From Octopus sinensis (Eukaryota): 64,000 bases of DNA. Below are positions 38,996-52,342 of the stretch, in pieces; the first letter of the stretch is position 1; the number at the start of each line of letters is the position of its first letter. Both the position numbers and the translations under genes were made by a program. Location: positions 19,220,001-19,284,000 of the forward strand of contig NC_042999.1 of NCBI RefSeq assembly GCF_006345805.1, read 5' to 3'. The notes beneath the pieces are model-generated. The model was not told where the DNA came from and did not search any database. It worked only from the letters and a program-made list of their open reading frames with translations.

Positions 38996-39850
38996 TATAT
39001 CACGTGATAAAATATTGTTAGAATATTGTCTTGATTTTCTCAAAAATTTTTCATCTTAGTATAAATAAAATCATAAACATTTTTTTTTTTCTCATTCATA
39101 ATGTTACATCTCGTCTATAAAATGTTATTATCAAATATTTTTTATCATTTACATATCACGTATTTTCCTACAATTTCCCTATGAAAACCTTTAAGGTATT
39201 AGACACTAATTCTGTTGATGTAAAACATCTTACAACATACGTTTGAAGGAAAAGTAAAACAGACATTCAAGAAGATAAAATTTACAACTTGTAATTTAAT
39301 AAATACTAATCTGGTTTCGCTTCCGAACAAATAATATTATACTATCACACACCTCCAAATACGTGTCTCATGCCGAAGAGATGCGTTGAAATAATTTGAT
39401 TACCATTAAGTTGATGGAAGCATTTATGGGATTATAGGTAACACAAAGGGAGAGGACATAGAGGGATTACGGGTGATATTAGTTTAACACTTGTTGACAT
39501 CCATCTGTGATAATAAGGGACAAAATCATTAGAATTGTAGTCAATAGATTATTCTGAAAATATCAAAATATTATGCGCGTGTATTCGTGTAAGTGTTTGT
39601 GCACGTGTGTGTTTCTTGTCTTCAACATCGCACACGCAATACGTCTGAGGGAAATATGAATAAATGTTATTCATAAAAAATAAGCACGCGTATCAAAACA
39701 CAAATAATATTTATATAAGATCACTGTCACAGCAGAACTCACATAAATACGAGCACTTGCTACGATAATGGAAGGCTGAAGTGAATATTAAAATCTTTAT
39801 ATACAAATAAGTCTTAGTTCATATACATACATATAAATATTATATCTGTA

Positions 39851-39907
<57 letters not shown>

Positions 39908-40230
39908 TTTATATAGATATATATTTACACATATATACATGCGTAAATACAAAGCACATATATATATAGATAGATAGATATACATACAAATATGTGTGTA
40001 ATATGTGTGGGTTTCTCTTAAATATATTTTTATGGGAAAATAAATAATTTTTTATGCTCAATGACCCTTTTATATAAGGTAGTAGGAGGGGTGTCAACAT
40101 GTATAAAACTTCGCTACACACATAAAAATGATATTTCGCCAGTTATATAAAAAAAATATAGGTAGATAGATAGACAGATAAACATATCATATAAATTCAC
40201 ATAAATTTATTTTTATATTTGTATTGTCAG

Positions 40231-40391
40231 CGCAGCTAGTCGAAATCGTCATTCAACTAACAGCTCTGTCTCAAAGCACAAACAGTAAAGTCATCGAGTT
40301 TTATGAGGCACTCCACTCAGAAGTATTCATTGTTCCTAATATGATGTTGGCAGCCGAAACAGGAGACCTGCTCCAACATATAATGTTACAA
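40231..40391 (+). CDS. Possible coding exon, product unknown
   Basis: T-rich tract plus cag acceptor; only one open frame (QLVEIVIQLTALSQ...LLQHIMLQ); donor gtaatc. Confidence 0.25.
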
Positions 40392-40819
40392 GTAATCACT
40401 TTTCTAATATTTCCATTAAGTCAAAATAACGCCATTCAAAATGTAGTCCAAAAACTACAGAATCGTAAATCTTTGCCATGGAAATCACACCACAGCCATT
40501 TCATAGTGACAGAATGGCGTTTAATATCGATATTCGGTACCTAACATATAAACGTTGAAATGCACTGTATATATATATATACGCTTATATAAATTCATGT
40601 GCGTGAGTCTTTGTGTCTGTGTATTGTGTGAATGTGTGTGTGTGTGTGAATGTGTGTGTGTGTGTGTGTGAGTGTGCGTGCGTGTGTAAAGTAAAAATGC
40701 ATAAATTCAAAGTGTTGTGTATACCATGAGTTCTATGCAATATCGGTTGTAAATTTAACTGAACACACGGGAAATATTCTGTACATATATACATACATAT
40801 AAATATATACATATATATA

Positions 40820-40896
<77 letters not shown>

Positions 40897-43107
40897 CACG
40901 GCAAGTGGTGCAAATGAGGGTAGCTATATCAAACTCCATTCTTCATCAAGTGCCACATATTAGAGGAGGCTCCTAGTAATAACAGCGTAGCGCAAAACGG
41001 CGGTGCATCCGCATGGCCGCAGCTCTGAGCTGAAACTTTTTTTCTAAATGTATATATACATATATATATTTACATTTAAGTACATTTATGCACACACACA
41101 CACACACACACACAGATACATACATACATGTGTGTGCATGTGTGTACACATTAAAATACATTGTAGGGTGGGTGTTATATCGCACGTTCGGATGACCTCT
41201 ACTCAACTCCTCGTTGTCTAGACTTCTCCCTATATATCTACGTATTGGGCTAGCCTACTTCATCGTCTGGGAGCGTCGACACAACAGTGTGAGAGGCCAG
41301 TTCTGTCTGGTTTGAGCATTAGACAAGTCCACTCCTTGTGTTGGATATGGCCAGTTAAAATGCTGAACGGTTAAATGATGTGAGATTTTTCTCGGGTGTT
41401 ATCGACACTGAATCATAAATATTACTTCTCCTTGTAATGAGGTGATGATGTCCAGTGGGTAAAAACATTCCACATACCTTTTTTAATTTCATCTTAGCTT
41501 TAAATCTCCTACATTGTGTGTAACCCATGTTTCTTTATTCAAAACGTGGCTGTATTGTAAGAAGTTTGCTTTCGACCATATTAAGGGTTAATATGTAACT
41601 CTAAATACCTTGCAACTGCCGCGAAAATTATTATCTGGTCATTGAGCGGTAAATGTGTAAAATAAGATGATGTTAGTATTATATCACATTAGAATTAAAC
41701 ATGAAAGACTAAAACTGAAACATTATATGATACCAACAAAGCAACTTAAACTGTCCTTTGGACGGCTTAAGTTGATTTAGTGGTATTGTTTCACCACAGA
41801 ATTGAACTACCGAGAATATTTATGAGTTTCCGATTAATCTAGGAGCCGAAAATCAAATTGAAAGCTAGTTATTGTGGAAGTCGTTGCACTTTAAAGATCA
41901 TACAAAATTTAATTTTGAAAGCGAAGCGAAGTAGAGCTAATGAAGTGTTTTTGGAGTAGATTACGGATAATTGTTCCCAATATATAGTTGCTTTACATGA
42001 AAGCGAAATTTCTTCTCAGAAACAGCCACATAAATGTTGTAAGGAAATTGAAGGAAACTGTTGAAAATTCCCCGCTGCGATTTTATTTTATTCAACAGCA
42101 AAGGGAACTATTTTTTTCGGAAAGCTAAGCTAACAAAAGCCCCCTTATTCTGTCTTCCTACAGAGCCTGCACATAAACTAACAGCGGATGCTGCATAAAG
42201 TTAAATTGGTATGGAGTTTCTGAAAGTTACGTATAATTTCGTTAGTGAAAGCAAAACTCTTACTTCTTTGGGAAGAATCCTATGTGAAAGTTTAAAAATG
42301 TCTAAAACGACGATGCTAAAACGTATTTCAAACAATGGACAACAGTCGAAATATCATAATGGATGGGTAAATAAGCATCCTTAAAGTAATAATACGCATT
42401 GGCAGTTAAACAAAGGTATCAACAAACAGAAGAGAGGGAAGAGAATATCACCTTTCAAGAAACTCAGAATAGGTAAAGGTAAACTTGCGAAAGTTAAATG
42501 CAGTTTAAATATAGAGATTAAAACTGTTTGGCATTGGTTATTCATTGCGTACAGCGTCCCTGGTCAATTTAGTAAACGTCGAAATCATTAAATAGATAAA
42601 AATCCTTTCACTTTTGTGAAAAGATTAAAAATGTATGGAAGGCCCTACATACAAAAACAACTATGTCTATTTACGTCCAATTACGTGGAAGCACTGGGCA
42701 AAATGTCATAGTACATGACCATCTTTGGGATATAAGTAAAGTGTGTGTAAAGTTTGGTGGAAATCGGTTGAGAGTTGTGTAAATGAATGCGTTATACATT
42801 TTACACACGCGTACTGCGATTTATAAATACTACATGTATATGCGTATCTCTGTGCCCGTGCGCGCGCGTCTCTGTCTGCAATGTCTAGCTGAAGGATCGA
42901 CAAAGTAGCGAAAATATATTTGTGAAAATATACATAATTCACGTTTCTGCAAGTCTCCTCATAGGAGTGTAAATATGGTAGTATGCTTTAATTACTCTCA
43001 AATCATAACAACTGCCTTAAAGGTAATCAGTCTTGAGGGAAAAATTTCTGAACATTTTTCTCAAGCAACTTAATCATGTTTACCGAACTGAAAGTAGGAG
43101 CGTAAAT

Positions 43108-43227
43108 ATGACCACGATTATCATCATCATCATCATCACCATCACCATCATCATCACCACCATCATCATCATCATCACCATCATCACCATCACCATCATC
43201 ATCATCATCATCATCATTATCATCACC

Positions 43228-43279
<52 letters not shown>

Positions 43280-43448
43280 CCACCACCACCACCACCACCA
43301 CCACCATCATCATCATCTTCATCATCATCATCTTCATCATCGTCATCATCGTCATCATCGTCATCATCGTCATCATCATCATCATCATCACCATCACCAC
43401 CACCACCACCACCAACATCATCATCATCATCATCATCGTTATTATCAT
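43108..43448. repeat. (CAT/CAC)n microsatellite
   Basis: Directly visible. Confidence 0.97.
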
Positions 43449-43459
43449 TCCCGTTTATC

Positions 43460-43900
43460 ATGATGGATTTGGAATTTATGACTGGTATGGCTAGCGTGTT
43501 TTTCTCTATTATCTTATTTTTAGCATTGTGTTCAGTGTTTAATATTAATCTAACTCTTCAGAAATACTCTCTCCTAATTTTCTTTCATTTTCGTGTGTTG
43601 TATTATTTTAACTGTTTCGTCCATTCCTAGATGTTTGTGATGGGGGTTTTTGTCTAGTCCTCTGATTTCTGTGTCCATGTTTTGAGTTCTGTCTTTTCAA
43701 TGTTAAATTCACTTGCTTCGTTTCAGAGTCACTTTGGTACGTTTGTCCAGTTCATCGCGATGGCTTTATTGAAACTATGGTCAATTTTTAGGTTTCTCTG
43801 TTGATGGTGTTTTTAGTAAAGCATTTTGAAGCATCCACGTAAAAGGAGATGGTTTATTGCTTGTCCAAGAAAGAGAGAGGGAATTTGCAATATTTACGAG
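43460..43900 (-). mobile_element. R4/Dong reverse transcriptase C-terminal fragment
   Basis: INHLL.YVD.., then HKHLGMDE..IQHTKMKEKIRREYF*RVRLILNTEHNAKNKI..NTLAIPVI. Confidence 0.8.
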
Positions 43901-44017
43901 CATGTTTGCACATACATATATGTATTTATATACGAAGGAAGATCGGTATTTATAATTGTTATTTTTATGTATTACTAGACTGATCCTAGCAACTGAAAGT
44001 TGTCATTTTAATAATTA

Positions 44018-44415
44018 CTCTTTTACTTGTTTCAGTCATTTGACTGCAGCCACGCTGGAGCACCGCCTTTAATCGAGCAAATCGACCCCGGGACTTATTC
44101 TTTTGTAAGCTCAGTACTTATTCCATCGGTCTCTTTTGCCAAACCGCTAAGTAACGGGGACATAAACACACCAGCATCGGTTGTCAAGCAATGTTAGGGG
44201 ACAAACACAGACACACAAACACATACACGCATATATATATATACATATATACGACAGGCTTCTTTCAGTTCCCGTCTACCAAATCCACTCACAAGGCTTT
44301 GGTCGGCCCGAGGCTATAGTAGAAGACACTTGCCCAAAGTGCCACGCAGTGAGACTGAACCCGGAACCATGTGGTTGGTAGACAAGCTACTTACCACACA
44401 GCCACTCCTGCGCCT
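44018..44415 (-). mobile_element. SINE A
   Basis: Full-length copy. Confidence 0.92.
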
Positions 44416-44951
44416 ATGCATATATTTAAATTTACTATTACTAAAGTATTGTCCTAAAGAATGCTTCTAATGGATTCTATCTGAACAATTTATTTCTGAC
44501 AGCTGAAATCTCTGATATCTATACCTTTTATTAAACTATTGAATAACAGATATAGCAGATCATAAAAGCAGTAGTGTGTTTCTCGCAAACCATTCTAAAT
44601 TTAAGTACACAATATTTACGCTTATTTTCTAGGTACTTTGTTTATTATTAATTCAGCATAAAGCTTTTTTAATTTATGTGAATTAAATCTTAATTTCATG
44701 ATGGCTATGCTGAAGACTAACGTACAGGATTGCATAAATACGCACAGACAACTTAGATGCATCCAGTCTGAGCAGCAGACATGGGACCCGGACGTGGTCT
44801 TCGAGACATTTTCTACGAAAAATATGTTTAATATATTATCAAATACAGTAAGGCATTCATTTCTCAAGACACATCACTTTTCGTTTATGTGTTATATCTA
44901 AAGCATGGTTCCATATTTAAGACTAGATTTGATTCATCCTAACATATATAT

Positions 44952-45150
44952 GATAGATCGTTAGCTCCTACACGCATTTTTCTCTCCTTGTTTCTCTCCT
45001 TTTTTTTCTGTGTGTCTTTCTGTCGAAGAGCGTAGGCTCGAAACGTAAAACACTTGTTCTATTTCTATTCCTGAGCGCCATACTAATACATTTGTTTGTT
45101 TGTACTCCACCTGCCTTCGTCTTTTGTTTATTTTCGTAAACCTTCCCGTT
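44952..45150 (+). repeat. Family H repeat, copy 3
   Basis: Reverse-complement homolog of 33455-33650; abuts (TA)n. Confidence 0.88.
45014..45053 (+). ncRNA. Variant minimal type I hammerhead-like motif (best family H copy)
   Basis: GUCUUU CUGU-C-GA-A GAGC-GUAG-GCUC GAA ACGU A AAACAC. Confidence 0.5.
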
Positions 45151-45204
45151 ATATATATATATATATATATAGCTATATTTATATATATATATATATATAA
45201 ATTA

Positions 45205-45425
45205 GCGTGACAAAGCGTGCGACTAGGCTGGCCCTTTGAAATACAGGTATAACAGAATCAGGAAGAAAGAGTGAGAGAAAGTTGTGGTGAAAAAGCACAG
45301 ATGGGTTCGCCACTCCACCGCTGCTGCCGGAGTTTCGTGGAGCTTTTGGCGTTTTCGCTCAATAACCACTTACAACGCCCAGTCTAGCAATCAAAACCGC
45401 GATCCTACGACCGCGAGTCCGCTCT
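45205..45425 (-). mobile_element. Partial SINE D
   Basis: Homologous to 52343-52718. Confidence 0.8.
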
Positions 45426-46199
45426 GCATATGTGTGTGTTTGTGTGTGTCTGTGTGTGTGTGTGTGTATGTGTGTAATTATGTTATATACCAGCGCACTC
45501 TACTGTGTATACCTGTGTACTAACGCATTGAGAAATCTTCGTTTCTTCACGATTCAGCTTCATATTTCCTACAATCCAAGATGCCATTACTACATCCTCA
45601 TTTTCTTGGAAACATTTTATATATTTATTTATTTATTTATTTCCAATGACAGACAGTCTTAAGTGGGTATTTTTTCCTGTCATTGGTTTGTCCATTAATG
45701 TGATGTGAGTCCCCTGCTGTTTGTCTTCTTTTTGCTTTTCCTATATCCATGTATTTGTATGTGTTTGTTCTACAAAGAATTTTCCTGTACCTACAAATGA
45801 TATATTTCTAAGTATTTCCTTCCTCTACGAAACATATTTAATGCAGATAGCTAACATTATTGACGTAAATTGATTTTGGTACCATGCCGTTGTCTTGCAT
45901 TGAGAGAAATTTGGGTCAGTTAAGCTTGTTGATAACTTTCTTAATTGATTTTATGGCGTGGGACTTGAAGAAACAAATGCTTGTTTGCCTTGGTTTGAAA
46001 GTTTGTCTTTTCAAGTGCACAAGAATATATACACACACGTATGTACAAGCATAAACAGTTACACATAGCGCTTCATATAAATACGTATTGATATATATTA
46101 CAAGTATATACAAATATAGTTGTACAACGCGTTAGTGAATGACATTTGTATGTGTACATACATGCATAGATGCATATATATATATATACATATATATAT

Positions 46200-46398
46200 G
46201 TAGGTCCCGGGTTGATTCGGGGTTAACCACAGTAAATAAGGTACTCAATACATAGTAGAGTAAAATTAATTTATTATATAGAAGGAGCTTCTACAGGACT
46301 AGAACTGTTTCATTCAAGAGAAATCTTCAGGAAGCACTTCCTGAGATTTCTCTTGAATGAAACAGTTCTAGTCCTGTAGAAGCTCCTTTATATAATAA

Positions 46399-46400
<2 letters not shown>
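46200..46400. repeat. TA-embedded short element ending in a 132-bp palindrome
   Basis: 46269-46334 pairs with 46337-46400 (64 bp, two single-nt bulges, 2-nt centre); the 5' part is shared with 4522-4590. Confidence 0.95.
46287..46335 (-). ncRNA. Type I hammerhead ribozyme candidate
   Basis: GCUUC CUGAAGA UUUC-UCUU-GAAU GAA ACAG-UUCUAGUC-CUGU A GAAGC: 5-bp stem I, intact core, 4-bp stem III, GUA cleavage triplet. Confidence 0.75.
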
Positions 46401-46449
<49 letters not shown>

Positions 46450-46539
46450 ATACGGGAAGCTTTATGAAAATAGACAAAAGACGAAGGCAGGTGGAAAACA
46501 AACGAACAATTGTATTAGTATATATATATATATAATACA

Positions 46540-46705
46540 TATGACGGTCTTTTTTCAGTTTTCGTTACCAAATACACTCAGAGAGCTTTGGTCAGCCTTG
46601 GCAATAGTAGTAGACACTTGACCAAGGTGCTACGCAGTGGGACTGAACCCCGAACCATGTGGTTCGTAAGCAAGCTACTTAGCACACACACCTACTCCTA
46701 CGCCT
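46540..46705 (-). mobile_element. SINE A 5' half
   Basis: Homologous to other A copies. Confidence 0.8.
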
Positions 46706-46712
46706 ACATATA

Positions 46713-46775
<63 letters not shown>

Positions 46776-46929
46776 TTTTATTCTTTTGCTCTTTCCTCGT
46801 TTCGATCATGCGGCTGCGGTCATTTTGGAGCCCTACCCTGGTCTTTTTGATTTTGATTTCCCCATTCAGGTTTGTTTCACATCATCACTACTGTATGTAT
46901 CTTTGCCCCCAGCTTTTGGCCTATTTGGT

Positions 46930-48215
46930 GTATTAGGGTGTTTGATTCCACTTCCATCGTCTACACCCTCATGTCGGACTGTTGGTTCATCTGGTATTGT
47001 GGAGAGGAGGATCAATAGTTCCTTTTTGAAGACATTTAGTTCTTCCCCCTTATGCAGATATCTTAATTTGTGTGGCAGAGCATTGATGTTGAACTTTGAA
47101 CACTAGACTATTGCAGTACCTGGTCCTGAATTTAAACCGAGTGGATGTACCTTTGGTGCAATACAATGGTGACCATTTTTGACATTTGTATAACACTGAA
47201 GGCCGAAATTAAGTACTAGCCCTTCTGGAATTTTCCACATGTAGATTATTACCTATCTCGCATGCCTTCACTCCAGGGAGTAGAGTTGCAGTTTTCTCAG
47301 CTTCTCTCTATATCTCATCCAGTGTTTCAGTATTTTAGTGTACTGGCGTAGGCTGCCTCAAGCTCCGCTGTTAGTTTGGCACTATGTGGTGACCATAACT
47401 AGGAGCAGTAGTCCAGGCGGCTGAGAACATAGTCTCTTGGTCTTTTGCTTTGAAGGACCTCAGTATCCATCATGCCAATTGTCTGCCAACTTGGCAATGT
47501 GCATATAAAATACGTCATCCCCAAATCTTTCACTACCTGTGACTCTGTGATTGCAGTGCCTTCGGGTCCTGTATGTGCAGGTTGTAGTGCATTCGTGTGT
47601 TGATAATGCGGTGCTTGAAAGTTTATCATATTAAACTGCATGTTGTTTATTTCGGTCCACTTGTATATTGAATTCAAGTCCTGATGTAAGCTTGCGACGT
47701 CAACTTGTTTTTTTATTGCCTGTGTTAATTTTGTACCATGAGTATAGCTGGTGATAATGGCTGTCCCAGTGGCCGTGGACATGTCTACGAGAGCTATTAT
47801 GACCAATAATGGACCCCAAAGCAGTTCCCTGGGGGATGCCACTTAGGGCTTGAGTTTCCTCAGAAAGGGCTTCATTGGCTGCAACTACCTGACTTCTATC
47901 TTTAAGGGAGTCTTGCAGTCACACTCCTAGTTTACCAGCAATGCCAAGGTCTCTTAGATTATATCATATCATGCCGTGATCTACCTTATCAAATGCCTTT
48001 CCAAAGTCAAGGTATATCACTCTGAGATCTAGACGGTCAAGCACCTGTTTCAAAACCCAGTCATAATGCAGTAGGAGTAGTGTGAGGCAGCTTCGTCCTG
48101 GACAGAAGTCATGCTGTGTATTGTTCAGTATGCCATTTTCTTCTAGGAACATTATCAATTTCCTTCTGATTATTCGCTCCATGAATTTACTGACATATGA
48201 AGTCAGAGAGATTGG
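46930..48215 (-). pseudogene. CR1-clade LINE reverse transcriptase remnant
   Basis: YRPISLTSYVSKFMERII...IYLDFGKAFDKVDHG; LWGPLL..TSYTHGTKL (decayed YADDTK); LHQDLNSIYKW.EINNMQFN; downstream LRKLQLYSLE. Confidence 0.88.
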
Positions 48216-48258
48216 CCTGTATGTGTATGTGTGTATGTATACATATGTTTTTTTTATG

Positions 48259-48314
<56 letters not shown>

Positions 48315-48778
48315 GTATGTCAGTGTGTATGTATGCATCCAACGACAACATGAGTCATCAAAGACTGTTGCTCCCATAAATTCTAAAATAAAATTTAGGA
48401 TTTATGGAGAGTCAAAGTTGGGAACAAATCCATGACAGTGGAAGCATACAAGAAAACCGAACGAAAGCAAACATAGAGGGTCGTTATACGAGAACGACAT
48501 GAAAATAGAGAACGCTGGGTGAAACATTTCTTTTTAAAAAACAAAAGGTAGAAGAGAGACAGAGAAAAATACATGTCCGAACTTTTGAATGTCCGCGCAG
48601 GAAAAGAAAGATAGTAACGTGAGGACAAGAAAGATGGACGATGGTCACGTGTGAGCAACGATAGAGACAGAGAGAGAAAAAGGGAAAGAGGAGAGAGAGA
48701 GAAAGGCAGATAAAATGGTGAAAGCGGGAATTACAGAAGAATGAAGGAAGAAAACAGTAGAGAGTCGCATCAAAAAGG

Positions 48779-49180
48779 GGGGTGGCTGTGTGGTAAGAAG
48801 CTTGATTCCCAACCAGAGTGTTCAGGTTCAGTCTAATTACGTGGCACCTTGAGCAAGTATCTTTAAATATAGCCTCGGGCCGACCAAAGCATTGTGAGTG
48901 GATTTGGTAGATAGAAACGGAAAGAAGTCCGTCGTATATATGTGTGTGGGAGTGTGTGTGTGTCTGTACGCGTTTGTGTGTGTATTTGCGTGTCTATGTT
49001 TGTCCCCCTACCATCACTTGACAACCGACGTTGGTGTGTTTATGTCCCCGTAGCGATTCGTCAAAGGTGACCGATAGAATAAGTACTAGGCTTACAAAGA
49101 ATAAGTCCTGAGGTCAATTTGTTCGACAAAAGGCGGCGCTCCAGCATTGCTGCAGTCAAATGACTGAAAAAAGTAAAAGA
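48779..49180 (+). mobile_element. SINE A
   Basis: Homologous to other A copies. Confidence 0.88.
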
Positions 49181-49575
49181 AGAAAAGAATATGTGTGTGT
49201 GTGTTTGTATGCATTATTTGTGTCTGTGTGCATATAATATGCTGTATTCGTTTACGCCTGATCTGCTTTCTCCCCAGACAGATCAACCTAATCATATATA
49301 TTTGTACCGATATATGAAAACATATCTACAACGCCATTAAGCCAAGGCTTATTCAAAGAACACAAATAAATATACACATAGAGGAATACATCAAACAATC
49401 CTTAGATTAACATGCACCCATGCACCAAAACGTACTCTACGCACTCATATATACCAGTACATTCTTATCTCATTTGTCATACACTTTTCTAGTTCACATT
49501 TCTGGTTTGATTTCCCTCTCATTCACAAACACTTGCACACACGAACTCCTATACATATTCTCTCTTTCGTAGATA

Positions 49576-49619
<44 letters not shown>

Positions 49620-49994
49620 CTATACAGAATCTCCTTCACACACACACACCACGACCCCAAACACTCTACCTTCCATATCCTCACTATTTTTCTCTCGGTG
49701 TAACTCGAAACAATACAGGAGAAATATATTCGATTCACATATTCATAGAAAACTACGATGGGAACCTCCAGAGACAGAAAGCATTTCCGTATGAAAAATG
49801 TCAAAGACAGACGTGCAAGAAGCCGCATTATACAATATACGCAAGAAATAACTTGCGGATAAATTCCTATGAGAAATAATTTTTTTTTTTCCCTTCATTG
49901 TCTTTTACCTTTTATTCCAAATTATGTAACAGAAACATCGGAAGCATTTCAGTGTATGGGATATTCTTTTCTTAGTCTGCTTTACCACTTTTTC

Positions 49995-50037
49995 ATTTAT
50001 CATCATCATCATCATCATCACCGCCACCACCACGATT

Positions 50038-50114
<77 letters not shown>

Positions 50115-50308
50115 CATCATCATCTTCATTATTATTATTATTATTGTTATTGTTATTATTATTATTATTATTATTGTCATAATCATCATCATTATCTTCA
50201 TTATTATTATTATTATTGTTAGTGTTATTTTTATTATAATTATAATTATTATTATTATTATTATCATCATCATCATCTTCATTATTATTATTATTATTGT
50301 TATTGTTA

Positions 50309-50345
<37 letters not shown>

Positions 50346-50820
50346 CATCATCATCTTCATTATTATTATTATTATTGTTATTGTTATTATTATATATTAT
50401 ATATTGTCATAATCATCATCATTATCTTCATTATTATTTTATTAGTTAGTAGGTTATTTTTATTATAATTATAATATATTATTATTATATATCATCATCA
50501 TCATCTCTTCATTATTATTATTATATTATTGTTATTGTTATTTATTATAATTATTATTATTATTATTATTATCATTATCATCATCATCATTTTCATTATT
50601 ATTATTATTATCATCATCATCATCATCATCTTCATTATTATTATTATTATCATCATCATCATCATCATTCATTCATTATTATTATTATCATCATTATCAT
50701 CATTGTTATCATTATTATTATTATTATTTTTATTATTGTTATTGTTATTATTATTATTATTATCATCATCATCATCATCTTCATTATTATTATTATTGTT
50801 ATTATTATTATTTCTTTTAT
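49995..50820. repeat. (ATT/ATC)n compound microsatellite with internally repeated blocks
   Basis: Directly visible. Confidence 0.95.
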
Positions 50821-51223
50821 GGCTGTTATTAGTTAGTTTTGATTAATGAAAATACTTTGCCAAAAATGTAAATCTGGCTTAGCTATTGAACATTCGTTGA
50901 TTCCAAAAACTAATGAGTACAATTCCTATACGCAGATGCAGATTTATTACTGAAAAATAAGAACACAATTATATTAAAGTATATTTTTGTATGCCTATAT
51001 CAATACGTATATATATATATATTATATTAATAGAAATGGTAAGACATTAATACGTATATATTAATATATATTAACAGAAATGGTAAGACAACAAAAAATG
51101 AAAGTCTTCGATATTATGTAAATAGAGGAATTTATCTGTAAATATAATATGTGACAATTATTCGTACCGACGGGGTGCTCCTTATATGTATATATATATG
51201 TATATATATATATAATAATATAT

Positions 51224-51255
<32 letters not shown>

Positions 51256-51987
51256 ATATATATATCTATATATATATAGAATATATTATATATAAATGTG
51301 TGCGTTTGTACATATATCACTGGTTTGCGCGGCTTCATGTATTAAGTATATATTTATACGCACACAGTCCGTGTGTCTGTGTTCTTTCATCTAACAGCAC
51401 CAAAGCTAAAGTACGGGGGTACTGCTACAAAGTTTAATCGTTGTGGATTATTGAAATCATATAAATGTGTCAAGCTATGTGGCGTGGATTGAAATTTTTA
51501 AATGTGGAATGTTCTATCTTAGGTTCAGAATCCATAATGAGATGCAAGTTATATATTTGTATGGAATTATTTTGTTACGTATGATACAATATTAGACTCG
51601 AGTTAAATTTCAGGTAAAATTTTGTTAATATATTATGATCTCATATAAAAATATAGTTTGAAGTTCCACTTGATGATCATATATGGAAATATAATTTCAA
51701 GACGTTATACGCTCAAAATCTATGTACCTGGTAATATGAAATGTGTAATAAAGTAATGTAAAATCTATATAATAAGGAAACGAAATAAAGACGTAACGCT
51801 GAGAAAAGTAAAATTGAGTTTCACTATTAAAAATACAGTAAATAAATATTGTGTATGTTAGACTGAAAATAAACATTTCAAATTTTTGGCACAAAGAAGC
51901 AGTATATTTTTTCACTTGTTTTTTTTACGCGAATAGAGGAGTCAATTACATCGATCCGAGTACTTAAATGGTAGTTGTTTTATCGAA

Positions 51988-52225
51988 GGCGGCGAGCTGG
52001 GAGAAACGTTAGCGCGCCGGGCGAAATGCTTAGCGGTATTTCGTCTGCCGTTACGTTCTGAGTTCAAATTCCACCGAGGTCGACTTTGCCTTTCATCATT
52101 TCGGGGTCGATTAAAAAACTACCAGTTTCGCACTGGGGTCGATATAATCGACTTAATCCGTTTGTCTGTCCTTGTTTGTCCCATCTGTGTTTAGCCCCTT
52201 GTGAGTAGTAAAGAAATAGGTATTT
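51988..52225 (+). mobile_element. Young full-length SINE B inserted in an older minus-strand B copy (about 51890-52335)
   Basis: ggcggcgagctgggagaaacgttagc head; tgttttatcga occurs on both sides. Confidence 0.85.
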
Positions 52226-52342
52226 GTTTTATCGACCTCTGAAGTATGAAGGGCAAAGTCGACTCAGAACGTAACTACGGACGAAACAGAGTTAAACACT
52301 TTATCTGCCGTTTCTAACACTTTATCAGCTCGCTGAATATCA

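Noticed and set aside
42700-42840. Possible Helitron/DINE-like fragment (aagtttggtggaaatcggttgag)
   Set aside because: Termini are not identifiable, and there is a single short match from recall only.
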